Assembly (NCBI GenBank): GCA_024698865.1
Contig: JAILQS010000015.1
Span: 10,284 to 74,283, forward strand
DNA from: Lachnospiraceae bacterium
GTDB lineage: Bacteria; Bacillota; Clostridia; Lachnospirales; Lachnospiraceae
Reading direction: 5' to 3'
Length of the DNA stretch: 64,000 nt
A model generated the notes under the pieces. That model did no database searches. It saw nothing but the letters and a program-made list of their open reading frames with translations, and was not told the origin of the DNA. The translations under genes and the position numbers were made by a program. Below are positions 9,470 through 20,067 of this stretch, in pieces. Within the stretch, counting starts at the first letter, position 1; the number at the start of each line of letters is the position of its first letter.

Positions 9470-10855
9470 TTACTTCATTTCCTTTACATAATCCTTAAAC
9501 ATACGTCCACGCTGTTCATAGTTATCAAACATGCCCCAGCTTGCACAGGCAGGTGATAACAACACGGCATCTCCCGGCTCTGCCGCTTTTGCGCTTACTT
9601 CTACGGCTTCTTTCAGGTCTTCTACAAATACGTAATCCGTAAATCCACATTCTTTTGCCTGTTCTGCTATCTTTTCGCGCGTAGCACCAAGCAACACAAG
9701 TTTCTTTACTTTACCGTCAAAGCTCTCAATCCACTCTTTGTAATCCGATCCTTTGTCATAGCCGCCACCAATCAAAATCGTAGGCGTAACCATTGCCTGA
9801 ATTCCTTTGATTGCAGCATCCGGATTGGTTCCTTTGGAATCGTTGTAGTATTTTACTCCGTTGATCTCGTCAACATACTCAATTCTATGTTCTACCGACT
9901 CGAAACGCATTACGGTTTCGCGGATATTCTCCATTGGTACACCGATATGATAAGAAATAGCAATCGCAGCCATTACATTTTCATAATTATGCTTACCAAG
10001 CAACTGTAAATCGTCTTTATTGCAAACAATCTCTTCTTTGCCTTTTTCACGATATACAAAATCGCCGTTTGCATTCATGAAAATGCCTTCCTCGAGTGCT
10101 CTCTCACTACTGAAGAAAAATACTCTTGGACGAAGTGACTCTGCCATCTCTCGAAGTATCGGGTCTTCATAGTTCAAAACACAAACATCATCGAGTTCCT
10201 GATTCAATGCGATACGTTTCTTTGCGGCAATATAATTCTCCATCGTATGATGGCGATTCAGATGGTCCGGTGTAATATTTAAAATTGCGCTGACTTCCGG
10301 TCTGAAATCGTGTACGGTCTCCAACTGAAAACTGCTAATTTCTGCGACAGTAATTGAACTGCCTTTTGTTTTCAGAACCATATCAGTGTATGGAGTTCCG
10401 ATATTTCCAACAATATAAACGGAAGTATAATAGTCTTTCATTATCTCGCCAACCAAAGAAGTCGTAGTTGTCTTTCCGTTGGTTCCGGTGATGGCAGCCA
10501 TACGACCTTTGCTAAACTGGAAACCAAGTTCGATTTCTCCCCATATTGGAGCATGTTTCTTTAACTCTTTGATATAAGGCAAATCGGTTGGTACTCCCGG
10601 GCTTAACACTACCAGTTGAATACGATCCATCTGTTCCTTGCTAAGATCCCCGATTACCACTTCTACTTCCACATTTTTAGGAAGCTTTGCTTTAATCTCC
10701 TCTACGTTTTTCTTTGGATTGCTTTCCTGCAAAATAATATTGGCTCTTTCGCCCGATAAAAGTTTAACCGCTGCGATTCCGCTGATTCCACTTCCTACAA
10801 CTAAAACATTTTTATTCTGTAACTCCATAATTTCCCTCATTTCTGTTTTACTCAT
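9470..10855 (-). CDS. murD: UDP-N-acetylmuramoylalanine--D-glutamate ligase
   Basis: 461 aa with VVGSGISG and ITGTNGKTTTT Mur ligase motifs. It follows mraY. Confidence 0.93.
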   Translation of the reverse strand: MSKTEMREIMELQNKNVLVVGSGISGIAAVKLLSGERANIILQESNPKKNVEEIKAKLPKNVEVEVVIGDLSKEQMDRIQLVVLSPGVPTDLPYIKELKKHAPIWGEIELGFQFSKGRMAAITGTNGKTTTTSLVGEIMKDYYTSVYIVGNIGTPYTDMVLKTKGSSITVAEISSFQLETVHDFRPEVSAILNITPDHLNRHHTMENYIAAKKRIALNQELDDVCVLNYEDPILREMAESLRPRVFFFSSERALEEGIFMNANGDFVYREKGKEEIVCNKDDLQLLGKHNYENVMAAIAISYHIGVPMENIRETVMRFESVEHRIEYVDEINGVKYYNDSKGTNPDAAIKGIQAMVTPTILIGGGYDKGSDYKEWIESFDGKVKKLVLLGATREKIAEQAKECGFTDYVFVEDLKEAVEVSAKAAEPGDAVLLSPACASWGMFDNYEQRGRMFKDYVKEMK

Positions 10856-10864
10856 ATATACAAA

Positions 10865-11818
10865 CTAAATGCCTGCCAGTGCCACAAGACAAAGGAGCGC
10901 CGTAACAATTGAAAATACTGCAACAACTCTCGTCTCTGACCATCCACAAAGTTCAAAGTGATGATGTATCGGTGCCATCTTAAAAATTCTCTTTCCATGT
11001 GTTAATTTGAAATATCCTACCTGAAGTATTACAGAAATTACTTCTACCAGATAAATCAAACCAACAATCGGGATGAAAAGCGGCATTTTAAGCAAATAAG
11101 CTGCTCCCGCTACAAATCCTCCAAGTGCGAGAGAACCCGTGTCTCCCATAAATACACTGGCCGGATGTACGTTGTATACTAAAAAGCCCAAAAGACTTCC
11201 GGCTACCGCACAGGTAATCGGAGAAATTCCACTGTTTACACCGATTGCCACAACAGTAAAAAAGGTGGCAACCAAAGCGGTGACACTGGAAGCCAATCCG
11301 TCCAGACCGTCGGTGAAGTTTACTCCGTTTACGGTTCCGATTACGACAAAGAACAACAGTGGGATGTACAGCATCCCCATATCTACACTCTTATGTATAA
11401 ACGGAACTAATAATTTGGTGTCAAACCCAAGTACCTCCATCAGATAATATGCAAATACTCCGGTTACTACAATCTGCAGCGCCATTTTCTGCCATGCTCT
11501 AAGTCCCAGGGAACGTTTCATTACGACTTTTATATAATCATCCAAAAGTCCAATCAGTCCAAAGCCAAGCGTAAGAAATAACACCGGCACAACTTCTTTA
11601 TTACCCGGAATGTAAATCACAGATGTAATGACCACACTAATCAGTATGATAATACCGCCCATCGTCGGTGTACCACTCTTTTTCAAATGTGCCTGTGGCC
11701 CGTCGTCACGTACGAACTGTCCAAACTTTAAGCGCTTTAAAAACGGTATAAAAAACGGACAAAGACCCACACAAATTGCAAATGCTAGTATTACCGGAAT
11801 CACAATATTCAAACTCAT
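10865..11818 (-). CDS. mraY: phospho-N-acetylmuramoyl-pentapeptide transferase
   Basis: 317 aa with KKSGTPTMGG, LLDDYIKV, NFTDGLDGLA and PIHHHFE. Confidence 0.95.
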   Translation of the reverse strand: MSLNIVIPVILAFAICVGLCPFFIPFLKRLKFGQFVRDDGPQAHLKKSGTPTMGGIIILISVVITSVIYIPGNKEVVPVLFLTLGFGLIGLLDDYIKVVMKRSLGLRAWQKMALQIVVTGVFAYYLMEVLGFDTKLLVPFIHKSVDMGMLYIPLLFFVVIGTVNGVNFTDGLDGLASSVTALVATFFTVVAIGVNSGISPITCAVAGSLLGFLVYNVHPASVFMGDTGSLALGGFVAGAAYLLKMPLFIPIVGLIYLVEVISVILQVGYFKLTHGKRIFKMAPIHHHFELCGWSETRVVAVFSIVTALLCLVALAGI

Positions 11819-11863
11819 TTATCTCACCTCGTAATTTTTTAACTAAAATATTATATTGCATTT

Positions 11864-13681
11864 TCAGTATAGAATCAAGACGTCATTTTTACCCATCGCT
11901 TCCGTCGACTCCTCTTCTATTCTACCACGTTTCACTCCCACGTACGGTAAAATATTTTCAAAAATCTCTGCAATCACCGGGGCAGCAATTGTTCCTCCGT
12001 AGTATATCCCTACCGGTTCATCTATCAGAATAAGCGCAATCACTTTCGGCTGATTTGCCGGTGCAAAGCCGATAAAAGAAGAAATATATTTATTGTTGCG
12101 CCTCGGTAATTTTTCCGAAGTTGCTGTTTTCCCGCCGATTCGAAAGCCGGACAGATACGCGTTCTTTCCGGTCCCTTCACTTACAACTGACTCCAGTAGT
12201 TTACGCATCGTTTTGGATGTTTCTTTTGTTACTGCACCGGTTTTCTCAGGAAAAATCAGTTTTTCCTTCCTGCTGTGGTCTTTATCCTCCACATATAAAC
12301 CAAAATGAGGCGTAACCAGTTTTCCTCCGTTTACTACCGCACTCACAGCACGCACCAGTTGCAGCGGCGTGATTTGAAAGGACTGCCCAAAGGAAATAGT
12401 CGCCAACTCCACTGCTTTCACATTTTCCGGTCTGTGCATAATAGAACCCGCTTCCCCCGGAAGATCCACCCCTGTTTTTTCAAACAAACCAAGTTTTCGA
12501 AAATGCTTATACATGCGCTGTATTCCCAGCCTTGCCCCAATATCCATAAATACCGGGTTGCAGGAGTTCTGAATGCCCTGTACGAACGTTTCGCTTCCAT
12601 GCCCGCCTGCCTTGTGGCAGCGTATTCTCCGATCCTCTACGACACGATACCCCGGACAGTGAAATGTATCCGTAAGCTTCACGACGTTTTCCTCCAAAGC
12701 AGCCGTTGCCGTCACGACCTTAAACGTAGAACCGGGTTCGTACGTATCACTGATAATAAAATTACGCCACATTTCATTTAACAACCTGGTCTCTGTTTTC
12801 TTGGACATTTTGTTCGTGTGGCTGGCCGCATATTTCCTTTGCATACTCTTTTTTAGCATATACGGTTTATTCAGATTAAACTCCGGCTCATTTACCAGGG
12901 CATATATTTCCCCATTTTGTGGGTTCATTACAATTACCCTGACACTCCTTGCCTGCTTTGCTTTTTGCACCTTTCTTGCGGCCTGAGCGGCGTATTTTTG
13001 AATATTAACATCTAACGTCAGATATAAATCCTTCCCAGGGGCAGGTTCTTTTCTTGTCTCTGCCATTCCCTCTATCTCTATCCCGCGAGAGGTCGTTTTG
13101 GTGTAAATAATGCCACTTTCGCCGGCGAGCACGGAGTCGTAGCTTACCTCCAGACCGATAATTCCCTGGTTGTCACTTCCCGTAAATCCAATCACCTTTG
13201 ACGCCAGACTGTCTAGCGGATAACTCCTCTTGTAGTCTTCATCCACCATGACCCCCTCAAGATGATATTCCCGGATTCGATCCGAGCAGTCCTTTGGAAC
13301 ATTAGACGCAATTTTTTCCCTTGACGATACTTTGTTGACTTTCTTTTGGACTTCTTCTTTGTCCAGGGACAACTCCTTTGAAAGAAGCCGGATTACCTTC
13401 TTTGGTTCCTTAATCTGACTATGAATGACCGATATTGTAGACACCGGCTCATTCCCTGCAAGTTCAATACCATTTCTGTCAAAGATTCTTCCACGCTCTG
13501 CTTTAATCTTTCGTTCTCTTTCATGAACCTCCTTTGCCATTGCGCCAAAATAATCACAACGGGCAAGCATTAAATATCCCAGTCTTCCAATTAAAGCAAT
13601 TACAACCAGAAGCATTACCAGCATCATAAAAGCTGCCTGTCTGCGATTTGTTGTTTTGTTTGAATACATAGAAAACCTCAA
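11864..13681 (-). CDS. class B penicillin-binding protein (FtsI/SpoVD-like transpeptidase)
   Basis: 605 aa with an N-terminal TM anchor, SxxK (GSTFK), SxN (NSCN) and a KT(A/G)T box (GGKTATSE). Confidence 0.88.
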   Translation of the reverse strand: MRFSMYSNKTTNRRQAAFMMLVMLLVVIALIGRLGYLMLARCDYFGAMAKEVHERERKIKAERGRIFDRNGIELAGNEPVSTISVIHSQIKEPKKVIRLLSKELSLDKEEVQKKVNKVSSREKIASNVPKDCSDRIREYHLEGVMVDEDYKRSYPLDSLASKVIGFTGSDNQGIIGLEVSYDSVLAGESGIIYTKTTSRGIEIEGMAETRKEPAPGKDLYLTLDVNIQKYAAQAARKVQKAKQARSVRVIVMNPQNGEIYALVNEPEFNLNKPYMLKKSMQRKYAASHTNKMSKKTETRLLNEMWRNFIISDTYEPGSTFKVVTATAALEENVVKLTDTFHCPGYRVVEDRRIRCHKAGGHGSETFVQGIQNSCNPVFMDIGARLGIQRMYKHFRKLGLFEKTGVDLPGEAGSIMHRPENVKAVELATISFGQSFQITPLQLVRAVSAVVNGGKLVTPHFGLYVEDKDHSRKEKLIFPEKTGAVTKETSKTMRKLLESVVSEGTGKNAYLSGFRIGGKTATSEKLPRRNNKYISSFIGFAPANQPKVIALILIDEPVGIYYGGTIAAPVIAEIFENILPYVGVKRGRIEEESTEAMGKNDVLILY

Positions 13682-13727
13682 GAGTCTCTCGTTTCATTCT
13701 ATTAGGATACTCTTGAGGTTATGTTTC

Positions 13728-15662
13728 TTAATCGTTACTCTCTTGTGTGGCAGAGTCCTGCGCTCCGTCATCTTTCTGTGTGGTATCTTTGTTCGCATCT
13801 TCTTTCTTTGTAGATTTGTCTTTGTAAATGCCCAGATAAGGAAATGTTTTTTTCAAAATACGATGTGCCATCTCAGTTGCATACGTACTGTGTGCCTGTT
13901 CTTCCACGTGCGGATGATCAATTACCACATAAATCACCACCTCCGGATTGTCGGCAGGGGCACATCCGATAAATGATACCAGATAGTTTTTGGCACTACG
14001 CGGATGCTTCTCGGCTGTACCGGTCTTTCCACCGATGGAATAACCTTTGACGCCGGCAGGCGAAGCCGTTCCTTCTTCTACTGTATCCAGCAGGAACTTG
14101 CGCATCGTAGTACTTGTTTTGGCTGAAATGGTCTTTTTCACAAGACTGTCATCAATGGTCTCAATGACTGCACCACTTTCATTACGCACCTCTTTCACAA
14201 CGTGAGGCGTGTAATAATATCCACCGTTTACGATAGATGAAAAACCTGCAAGCATCTGCGTCATCGTAACGGTGTTACCTTGTCCGAAGCTCGCCGTTGC
14301 AAGCTCTGTTACTTTCAGATTATCGTAGCTGAATACCGTACCTGATGTTTCACCCGGCAAATCAATTCCGGTCTTCTTACCAATTCCAAATATCTGTTCA
14401 TATCGGAAAAACTGATCTTTTTTCAGTTTCTTAACAATCTGCATCATTGCATCATTACAGGATTCCATCAGGGATTCATCCAAAGTAATGTAGCCATGAC
14501 CGGAGGTATTCACGCATTTGATCAGTTTCTGACTGGCTCCGTCCTTAAACTTCTCTCCTCCGTCACAGTAAAATGTGCTCTTAGTGTTTACGACGCCTTC
14601 CTCCAAAGCCGCCGCAACGGTAAACGGTTTGAAAGTAGAACCCGGTTCATATGCATCTGAAATGCAATAGTTTCTCCAGATAGAACTCAGTACCTGTCCC
14701 ATCTCATCCGAAGACATTTTCTTTAATTCCTTCTCAGAGTAAAACTCTGATAAATCTCGCGGATTATTCAGATCAAAGGTTTCATTGGAGTGCATGGCAA
14801 TGATTTCTCCATTGTTGGGGTTCATCATCATAACCGCAACATTTTCCGCTCCCGGTTTCGATCTAAATTTTGCAACCTCTTCTTCGACAATCTTTTGCAC
14901 ACTACAGTCAATGGTTGAAACGATATTATTGCCGTTTTGCGCACTCTTAACCGTTCTTTGCAAATTAAGATCCGAATCAAAATATCCGTATTCACGTCCA
15001 TTTACACCGGATAATTTGTCATTGTACTGTTCTTCGATTCCCCAGGTTCCCGCATTCGTGTCTGCTTTACCGGTGAATCCGACCACTTTAGAAGCCACTT
15101 GGTTTTGCGGATACTTTCTCTTATAAGTTGCCTCAAACCAAACGCCCTTTATATTATCTTCCTTCTCTTGCATGGTTTTGAATTTATCCACCATGTCAAA
15201 AGTCAGTTCTTTATAGTTATCCATCTTAATATACCGGGACTTTTCATTTTCTTTTAATACGTCATGAAACTCTTCTTCCGTCATACCAAAACACACGGAA
15301 AGTGCATCCCGTGTTGGTTCATAATACTTCTTATCTGCATTGATGACAGAAGCATCCAGTATCAGATTATATACCTTTTCACTAATTGCCAGCACATTCA
15401 TATTACGATCGTAAATCGTTCCCCTTTTATAAGGAATCTCAGAATTCACATAACTTTGCTGTGCCAATACCCGTTTTTCATAACGTTTGCCGTCCGCATA
15501 ATTGATATACAGCATTCTGCCTATCAGCGACAGAAACATTATGATAACAAATAAATATACCATTCCAAGACTGGACCGCATGCGAAGCGAAAATCGTCTT
15601 ATGTCCGGTCTTTTTCTCTTTTTCATTTGTCTATTCGTTTGTCTACTGTTATAACTACTCAT
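13728..15662 (-). CDS. class B penicillin-binding protein (PBP2/FtsI family)
   Basis: 644 aa with a TM anchor, GSTFK, ESCND, GGKTGTAE and a low-complexity acidic C-terminal tail. Confidence 0.88.
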   Translation of the reverse strand: MSSYNSRQTNRQMKKRKRPDIRRFSLRMRSSLGMVYLFVIIMFLSLIGRMLYINYADGKRYEKRVLAQQSYVNSEIPYKRGTIYDRNMNVLAISEKVYNLILDASVINADKKYYEPTRDALSVCFGMTEEEFHDVLKENEKSRYIKMDNYKELTFDMVDKFKTMQEKEDNIKGVWFEATYKRKYPQNQVASKVVGFTGKADTNAGTWGIEEQYNDKLSGVNGREYGYFDSDLNLQRTVKSAQNGNNIVSTIDCSVQKIVEEEVAKFRSKPGAENVAVMMMNPNNGEIIAMHSNETFDLNNPRDLSEFYSEKELKKMSSDEMGQVLSSIWRNYCISDAYEPGSTFKPFTVAAALEEGVVNTKSTFYCDGGEKFKDGASQKLIKCVNTSGHGYITLDESLMESCNDAMMQIVKKLKKDQFFRYEQIFGIGKKTGIDLPGETSGTVFSYDNLKVTELATASFGQGNTVTMTQMLAGFSSIVNGGYYYTPHVVKEVRNESGAVIETIDDSLVKKTISAKTSTTMRKFLLDTVEEGTASPAGVKGYSIGGKTGTAEKHPRSAKNYLVSFIGCAPADNPEVVIYVVIDHPHVEEQAHSTYATEMAHRILKKTFPYLGIYKDKSTKKEDANKDTTQKDDGAQDSATQESND

Positions 15663-15698
15663 TCAAAGAAAACCTCACATTTATCTTTGAAGCAAATG

Positions 15699-16214
15699 CT
15701 AGTCGTAGTTTCTCACATCTCCATACTGTCTTACAAAGTCACTTTTTTCATTCACATAACTTTTCTTCTGATTCTGTTTTGCACGAACCATACCAAGTTC
15801 TTTCGTTGCAACCTCATAAATGTTACTTAAATCAACAGATGCATCGACTATATTATATGCTTCATCATTCTGCTTCTGTAATTCTACTACCTGACTCTCG
15901 GTTTTGGCAACAGATTTACTCAAATAAGTTACATTTTGTTGTAACTGAAGGAATGTAATGCAAGTATACATCGTAATTGCAATCGCACCAAAAATAATCA
16001 AAAAAGATACCGCATCCCATCCGCCGGCTTTTTCTTTTTTCTTATACTGATGTCTTCTTGGCTCTCTGACAACTTCTCTTGTCTCCTGTTCTCTTTCTAC
16101 AGGATTTAATACTCTTGCAGCTGTTCCATCTACTTCTGCTACATACTCATATCTTCTGCTTCTCGTTTTTTCAGTTGTGTGATTGAATCGTCTTGCCTCC
16201 ATGCGTCCGTTCAT
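15699..16214 (-). CDS. ftsL: FtsL-like cell division protein
   Basis: 171 aa, single TM (VSFLIIFGAIAITMYTCITFL) followed by a coiled-coil. It occupies the conserved slot between rsmH and the PBP gene. Confidence 0.65.
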   Translation of the reverse strand: MNGRMEARRFNHTTEKTRSRRYEYVAEVDGTAARVLNPVEREQETREVVREPRRHQYKKKEKAGGWDAVSFLIIFGAIAITMYTCITFLQLQQNVTYLSKSVAKTESQVVELQKQNDEAYNIVDASVDLSNIYEVATKELGMVRAKQNQKKSYVNEKSDFVRQYGDVRNYD

Positions 16215-16234
16215 ACACTCCTCCTATCCGAATC

Positions 16235-17170
16235 CTAGATTCTTTCAAATACTCTTAATTTTGCACTCTTGGATCTGGAATTTGATTCCATCTCCTCCTC
16301 CGATGGTAATATTGGTTTTCTCGTAATCACCTTACCTAACGGCACTTTCTTACATACACACACCGGGAAATCCGGTGGGCATGTACAAGGATTTTCAGCC
16401 TTTTTAAATATTGTCTTTACGATACGATCCTCCAACGAGTGGAATGTGATTACACATATTCTTCCGCCCGGCTTCAAAAGACGAATCATATCATTTAATG
16501 TATCTTCTAAAACATCCAGTTCCTTATTCAATTCAATTCTGATTGCCTGATACGTTTTCTTGGAAGGATGTCCCATATTCTTTTGTACTTTCATTGGAAT
16601 GGATGCTTTGATAATTTCATTCAATTCCGATGTGGTCTCTATATCTTTATCTTTTCGGTACTCTACGATGTGCTTTGCGATGTTCTTGGCAAATTTATCT
16701 TCACCGTAATCCCGAATCATCTGATAAAGTTCCTGCTCTGTGTAGTCGTTGACGATATCCCTTGCTGTCAGTTCCTGGCGCTTATCCATACGCATATCTA
16801 ACGGTGCATCTGACATATAGGAAAATCCTCTTTCGTAATTATCCAGCTGATAAGAAGAAACTCCCAGATCAAGCACAATGCCGTCTACTTCTTTTACCCT
16901 TAACTGCATCAGCACCTGTTTAATCTCTGAATAATTACTCCGTACAATCGTGCTTCTGTCTCTGAATTCTTTCAATCGTTCCGTAGCTGCTGCAATCGCA
17001 TCTCCGTCCTGATCAATACCTATCAGAAGTCCATACTCATTCAGACGTTTGCAGATTTCGTAAGAGTGTCCTCCGCCTCCCAGGGTGCCATCCACATAGG
17101 TTCCATCCGGTCGTATCTTCAATTTTTCAATAGTTTCGTTCAACAGAACGGATACGTGATTAAACTCCAT
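16235..17170 (-). CDS. rsmH: 16S rRNA (cytosine1402-N4)-methyltransferase
   Basis: 311 aa with [28 protein letters not shown] and FHSLEDR. Confidence 0.95.
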   Translation of the reverse strand: MEFNHVSVLLNETIEKLKIRPDGTYVDGTLGGGGHSYEICKRLNEYGLLIGIDQDGDAIAAATERLKEFRDRSTIVRSNYSEIKQVLMQLRVKEVDGIVLDLGVSSYQLDNYERGFSYMSDAPLDMRMDKRQELTARDIVNDYTEQELYQMIRDYGEDKFAKNIAKHIVEYRKDKDIETTSELNEIIKASIPMKVQKNMGHPSKKTYQAIRIELNKELDVLEDTLNDMIRLLKPGGRICVITFHSLEDRIVKTIFKKAENPCTCPPDFPVCVCKKVPLGKVITRKPILPSEEEMESNSRSKSAKLRVFERI

Positions 17171-17181
17171 TGTGTCTCCCC

Positions 17182-17610
17182 CTAAAAACTAAGTCCAAAC
17201 TCAGACATATGCTCTGCAGCCTCGTCCATATTGCCATAATCTTCGTTCGCTTCCCAACGTTCCTTACTCCAAACCTCCACTTTGGAAAGAACTCCGACAA
17301 ACTTCACTTCTTTTTCAAGTCCTGCCTGTGCTCTAAGCTTGGCTGGTATCAGGACACGTCCCTGCTTGTCTATTTCCAAAGTTGCTGCTCCTGCAAGGAA
17401 GTAACGCTGCAACTGTCTGGCTTCTTTTGTTCCCGGCAGACCTTTTAACTGTTCTACAAACTCTGACCATTCTTCCTGCGGATACACAAATAAGCACCCA
17501 TCTAATCCCTGTGTTACAACAAAGCTTTCGCCCAGTGCTTCACGAAATTTGGCAGGTACTATGATTCTTCCCTTTGTATCAATTGAATGATCATATTCGC
17601 CCATGAACAT
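17182..17610 (-). CDS. mraZ: transcriptional regulator MraZ
   Basis: Two SpoVT/AbrB-like repeats ([13 protein letters not shown] and [13 protein letters not shown]). I place the start at ATG 17610 (MFMGEY...), which is the usual MraZ N-terminus. The ORF track extends to 17646. Confidence 0.9.
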   Translation of the reverse strand: MFMGEYDHSIDTKGRIIVPAKFREALGESFVVTQGLDGCLFVYPQEEWSEFVEQLKGLPGTKEARQLQRYFLAGAATLEIDKQGRVLIPAKLRAQAGLEKEVKFVGVLSKVEVWSKERWEANEDYGNMDEAAEHMSEFGLSF

Positions 17611-17658
17611 ATTGTCTGCACCAACTTTCAGAGTTTTATTCAGCAACGGAAACGTTCA

Positions 17659-17705
17659 CCACTTTCGTGGTCATTTGAACCACTTTCCACCACTTCACTC
17701 CACTT
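17659..17705 (-). promoter_or_regulatory. MraZ operator: four phased AAGTGG boxes
   Basis: On the minus strand AAGTGG occurs four times. The plus-strand CCACTT copies are at 17659, 17680, 17690 and 17700. Spacing is 10, 10 and 21 bp, immediately downstream of the -10 element. Confidence 0.75.
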
Positions 17706-17713
17706 TTGATTAT

Positions 17714-17742
17714 ATTTTAATATATTTTTGGGAATATAGCAA
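17714..17742 (-). promoter_or_regulatory. dcw (Pmra-type) promoter
   Basis: Minus strand shows TTGCTA, a 17-nt spacer, then TAAAAT, about 100 nt upstream of the mraZ ATG. Confidence 0.6.
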
Positions 17743-17887
17743 GCATTATTTCTAAGTAAATAGTCCTAAAATGCTGATATTTACAAGCTTTCGTATATGT
17801 TGTGGCCAATTCCCATAAAAAGCACAATCTGTTCCCAAACGTATGAAGCATTTTTTATATGGGACAGTACAAACAACTTTTTTGTGC

Positions 17888-17932
17888 AACAGAAAAGAGC
17901 AGGCTTTAAGAATTCATCTTAAAGTCTGCTCT
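17888..17932 (-). terminator. rho-independent terminator after lgt
   Basis: A 15-bp stem (AGAGCAGACTTTAAG / CTTAAAGCCTGCTCT on the minus strand) followed by TTTCTGTT. Confidence 0.75.
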
Positions 17933-17956
17933 ACACAAAGCATCTTCACATCCGTA

Positions 17957-18823
17957 TTAAGCTTTCGTTTTTTTTAGTTTTGTCATATTGTAAATATAGA
18001 TTCCTACTGCCAGAAGCATCATTGCTCCCGATACACACATAGAAACCGGAATATTCGTATTCCAGAGAAGCAGTTGATCCGTTCTAAGATTCTCAATCCA
18101 CATTCTTCCCAGACCATATCCAAACATATAAATACAAAGCAGTTCTCCGTCAAACTTCTTCCGTTTGGTGTAAAGTAAAATAATAATTAATACACCGATA
18201 TTCCACAAGGATTCATATAGAAACGTAGGATGTACCAGAATAGTATCATCTACCACGTACTTGGAAAGCTCATTCGCAGAATTGGCTGACATGTGCGCTA
18301 CTGCCGTATCCCACGGAAGCTTCATAGCCAACAGCGTATTCTTCGCATACCCGCCAAACGCTTCGCAATTAAAGAAATTGCCCCATCTTCCGATAATCTG
18401 TCCGGTAATAAGACCTGCAACAGCTGTATCCAGCAAAAGTCCAATCGATACCTTGCGTAGTTTGGCAAAAATAATTGCCGTCGTCACACCGCCAATTACC
18501 GCACCGTAAATGGCAAGTCCACCGTTTCTTATATACAACACACTGATTGGATTATCCTTATATTCATTCCATGCAAACACAACATAATAAATCCTTGCAC
18601 AAATCACCGAAATCGGTATATCTATCAATGCCAGGTCCATGTACAAATCCGCTTTCTGTCCGGTTCTCTTTGCCTGAAACTCCGCCATAAAATACCCAAG
18701 AATCATTCCTGTTGCAATAATCATTCCATAAAACGCGATTTTGAAATCAAAAATGTAAAACCCTGACTTCAAGTTGTGAATTACAATCCCCAGATTCGGG
18801 AATTCCACCTGCACACCTGTCAT
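17957..18823 (-). CDS. lgt: prolipoprotein diacylglyceryl transferase
   Basis: 288 aa polytopic protein with GRWGNFFNCEAFG and HPTFLYESLWN signatures. Confidence 0.92.
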   Translation of the reverse strand: MTGVQVEFPNLGIVIHNLKSGFYIFDFKIAFYGMIIATGMILGYFMAEFQAKRTGQKADLYMDLALIDIPISVICARIYYVVFAWNEYKDNPISVLYIRNGGLAIYGAVIGGVTTAIIFAKLRKVSIGLLLDTAVAGLITGQIIGRWGNFFNCEAFGGYAKNTLLAMKLPWDTAVAHMSANSANELSKYVVDDTILVHPTFLYESLWNIGVLIIILLYTKRKKFDGELLCIYMFGYGLGRMWIENLRTDQLLLWNTNIPVSMCVSGAMMLLAVGIYIYNMTKLKKTKA

Positions 18824-18850
18824 ATGTACCCCTCTTTCTCCTTTTCAGTT

Positions 18851-19948
18851 TTAAACATTAAAGCGGAATAAAATAACGTCTCCGTCCTGTACTACATATT
18901 CTTTGCCTTCAGAACGAACCAGACCTTTTTCTTTGGCAGCGTTGTAGCTTCCGCAAGCAATAAGATTGTCGTAACTTACAATCTCTGCACGAATAAATCC
19001 CCTCTCAAAATCCGAATGAATCTTACCGGCTGCCTGAGGCGCTTTGGTTCCTTTCTTGATGGTCCACGCTCTCGTCTCATCTTCTCCTGAAGTAAGATAA
19101 CTCAGAAGGCCAAGCAAGTCATAACTTGCCTTAATCAGCTTGTCCAGTCCCGATTCACTGATACCAAGCTCCTCTAAGAACATTTTCTTTTCCTCGTCAT
19201 CCAGCTCGGCAATCTCTTGTTCAATCTGTGCACAGATAACAAATACACCGGCACCTTCCTCTTTGGCATAAGCTTTAACTTTCTTTACAAACTCATTGCT
19301 TTCACCCTCATCTGCCAGGTCTTCTTCTGTAACGTTGGCAGCATAGATGACCGGTTTATATGTAAGAAGATTCAAAGAAGCAATCAGCGCCTCCTCATCT
19401 TCATCCTGCATTTCAAAATTCTTTGCAAGTTTGCCTTCCTCTAAAAAAGCTTTCAAACGATTCAAAATCTCAACCTCTTTGGCAAGATCTTTATCATTGC
19501 GCGCACCACGACTGCTCTTGGCAATACGACGGTCCAGAATCTCGATATCGGAAAATACAAGTTCCAGGTTAATCGTCTCAATATCACGCAAAGGGTCGAT
19601 TGAGCCGTCAACGTGTACAATATTAGCATCTTCAAAACAACGAACAACGTGAACAATCGCATCTACCTCACGAATATTGGAAAGGAACTGATTACCAAGT
19701 CCTTCTCCTTTGGAAGCACCCTTAACAAGTCCCGCAATATCTACAAATTCAATCGTAGCAGGTACGGTTTTCTTAGAATGATATAAGTCTGTCAGAACCT
19801 TTAATCTCTCATCCGGCACCGGTACGATTCCCACGTTCGGGTCGATGGTACAGAATGGGTAGTTGGCAGATTCTGCTCCTGCCTTGGTAAGCGAATTAAA
19901 CAATGTACTTTTACCTACGTTAGGTAAACCAACGATTCCTAGTTTCAT
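18851..19948 (-). CDS. ychF: ribosome-binding ATPase YchF
   Basis: 365 aa with GIVGLPNVGKSTLFN, DIAGLVKGAS and a C-terminal TGS-like region (VQDGDVILFRFNV). Confidence 0.95.
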   Translation of the reverse strand: MKLGIVGLPNVGKSTLFNSLTKAGAESANYPFCTIDPNVGIVPVPDERLKVLTDLYHSKKTVPATIEFVDIAGLVKGASKGEGLGNQFLSNIREVDAIVHVVRCFEDANIVHVDGSIDPLRDIETINLELVFSDIEILDRRIAKSSRGARNDKDLAKEVEILNRLKAFLEEGKLAKNFEMQDEDEEALIASLNLLTYKPVIYAANVTEEDLADEGESNEFVKKVKAYAKEEGAGVFVICAQIEQEIAELDDEEKKMFLEELGISESGLDKLIKASYDLLGLLSYLTSGEDETRAWTIKKGTKAPQAAGKIHSDFERGFIRAEIVSYDNLIACGSYNAAKEKGLVRSEGKEYVVQDGDVILFRFNV

Positions 19949-20067
19949 AATATCTTATATCTCCTTTAAATAACTTCTTACTCAAATAGAAAGTTTCACT
20001 CTTCCTTGTCAAAACTTTCATACAGCAATACATATTCTACCACATCAAGTAAGAAATGTCATTTCTT

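Noticed and set aside
17611-17646. Upstream extensions in the ORF track (mraZ 17646, rpe 30924 TTG, prpC 34690, def 39343 GTG, fmt 38807 GTG, dapF 45741, rqcH 58319)
   Set aside because: In each case an internal ATG reproduces the family-typical N-terminus and has a properly spaced Shine-Dalgarno. The upstream starts lack one, or lie inside a promoter element.
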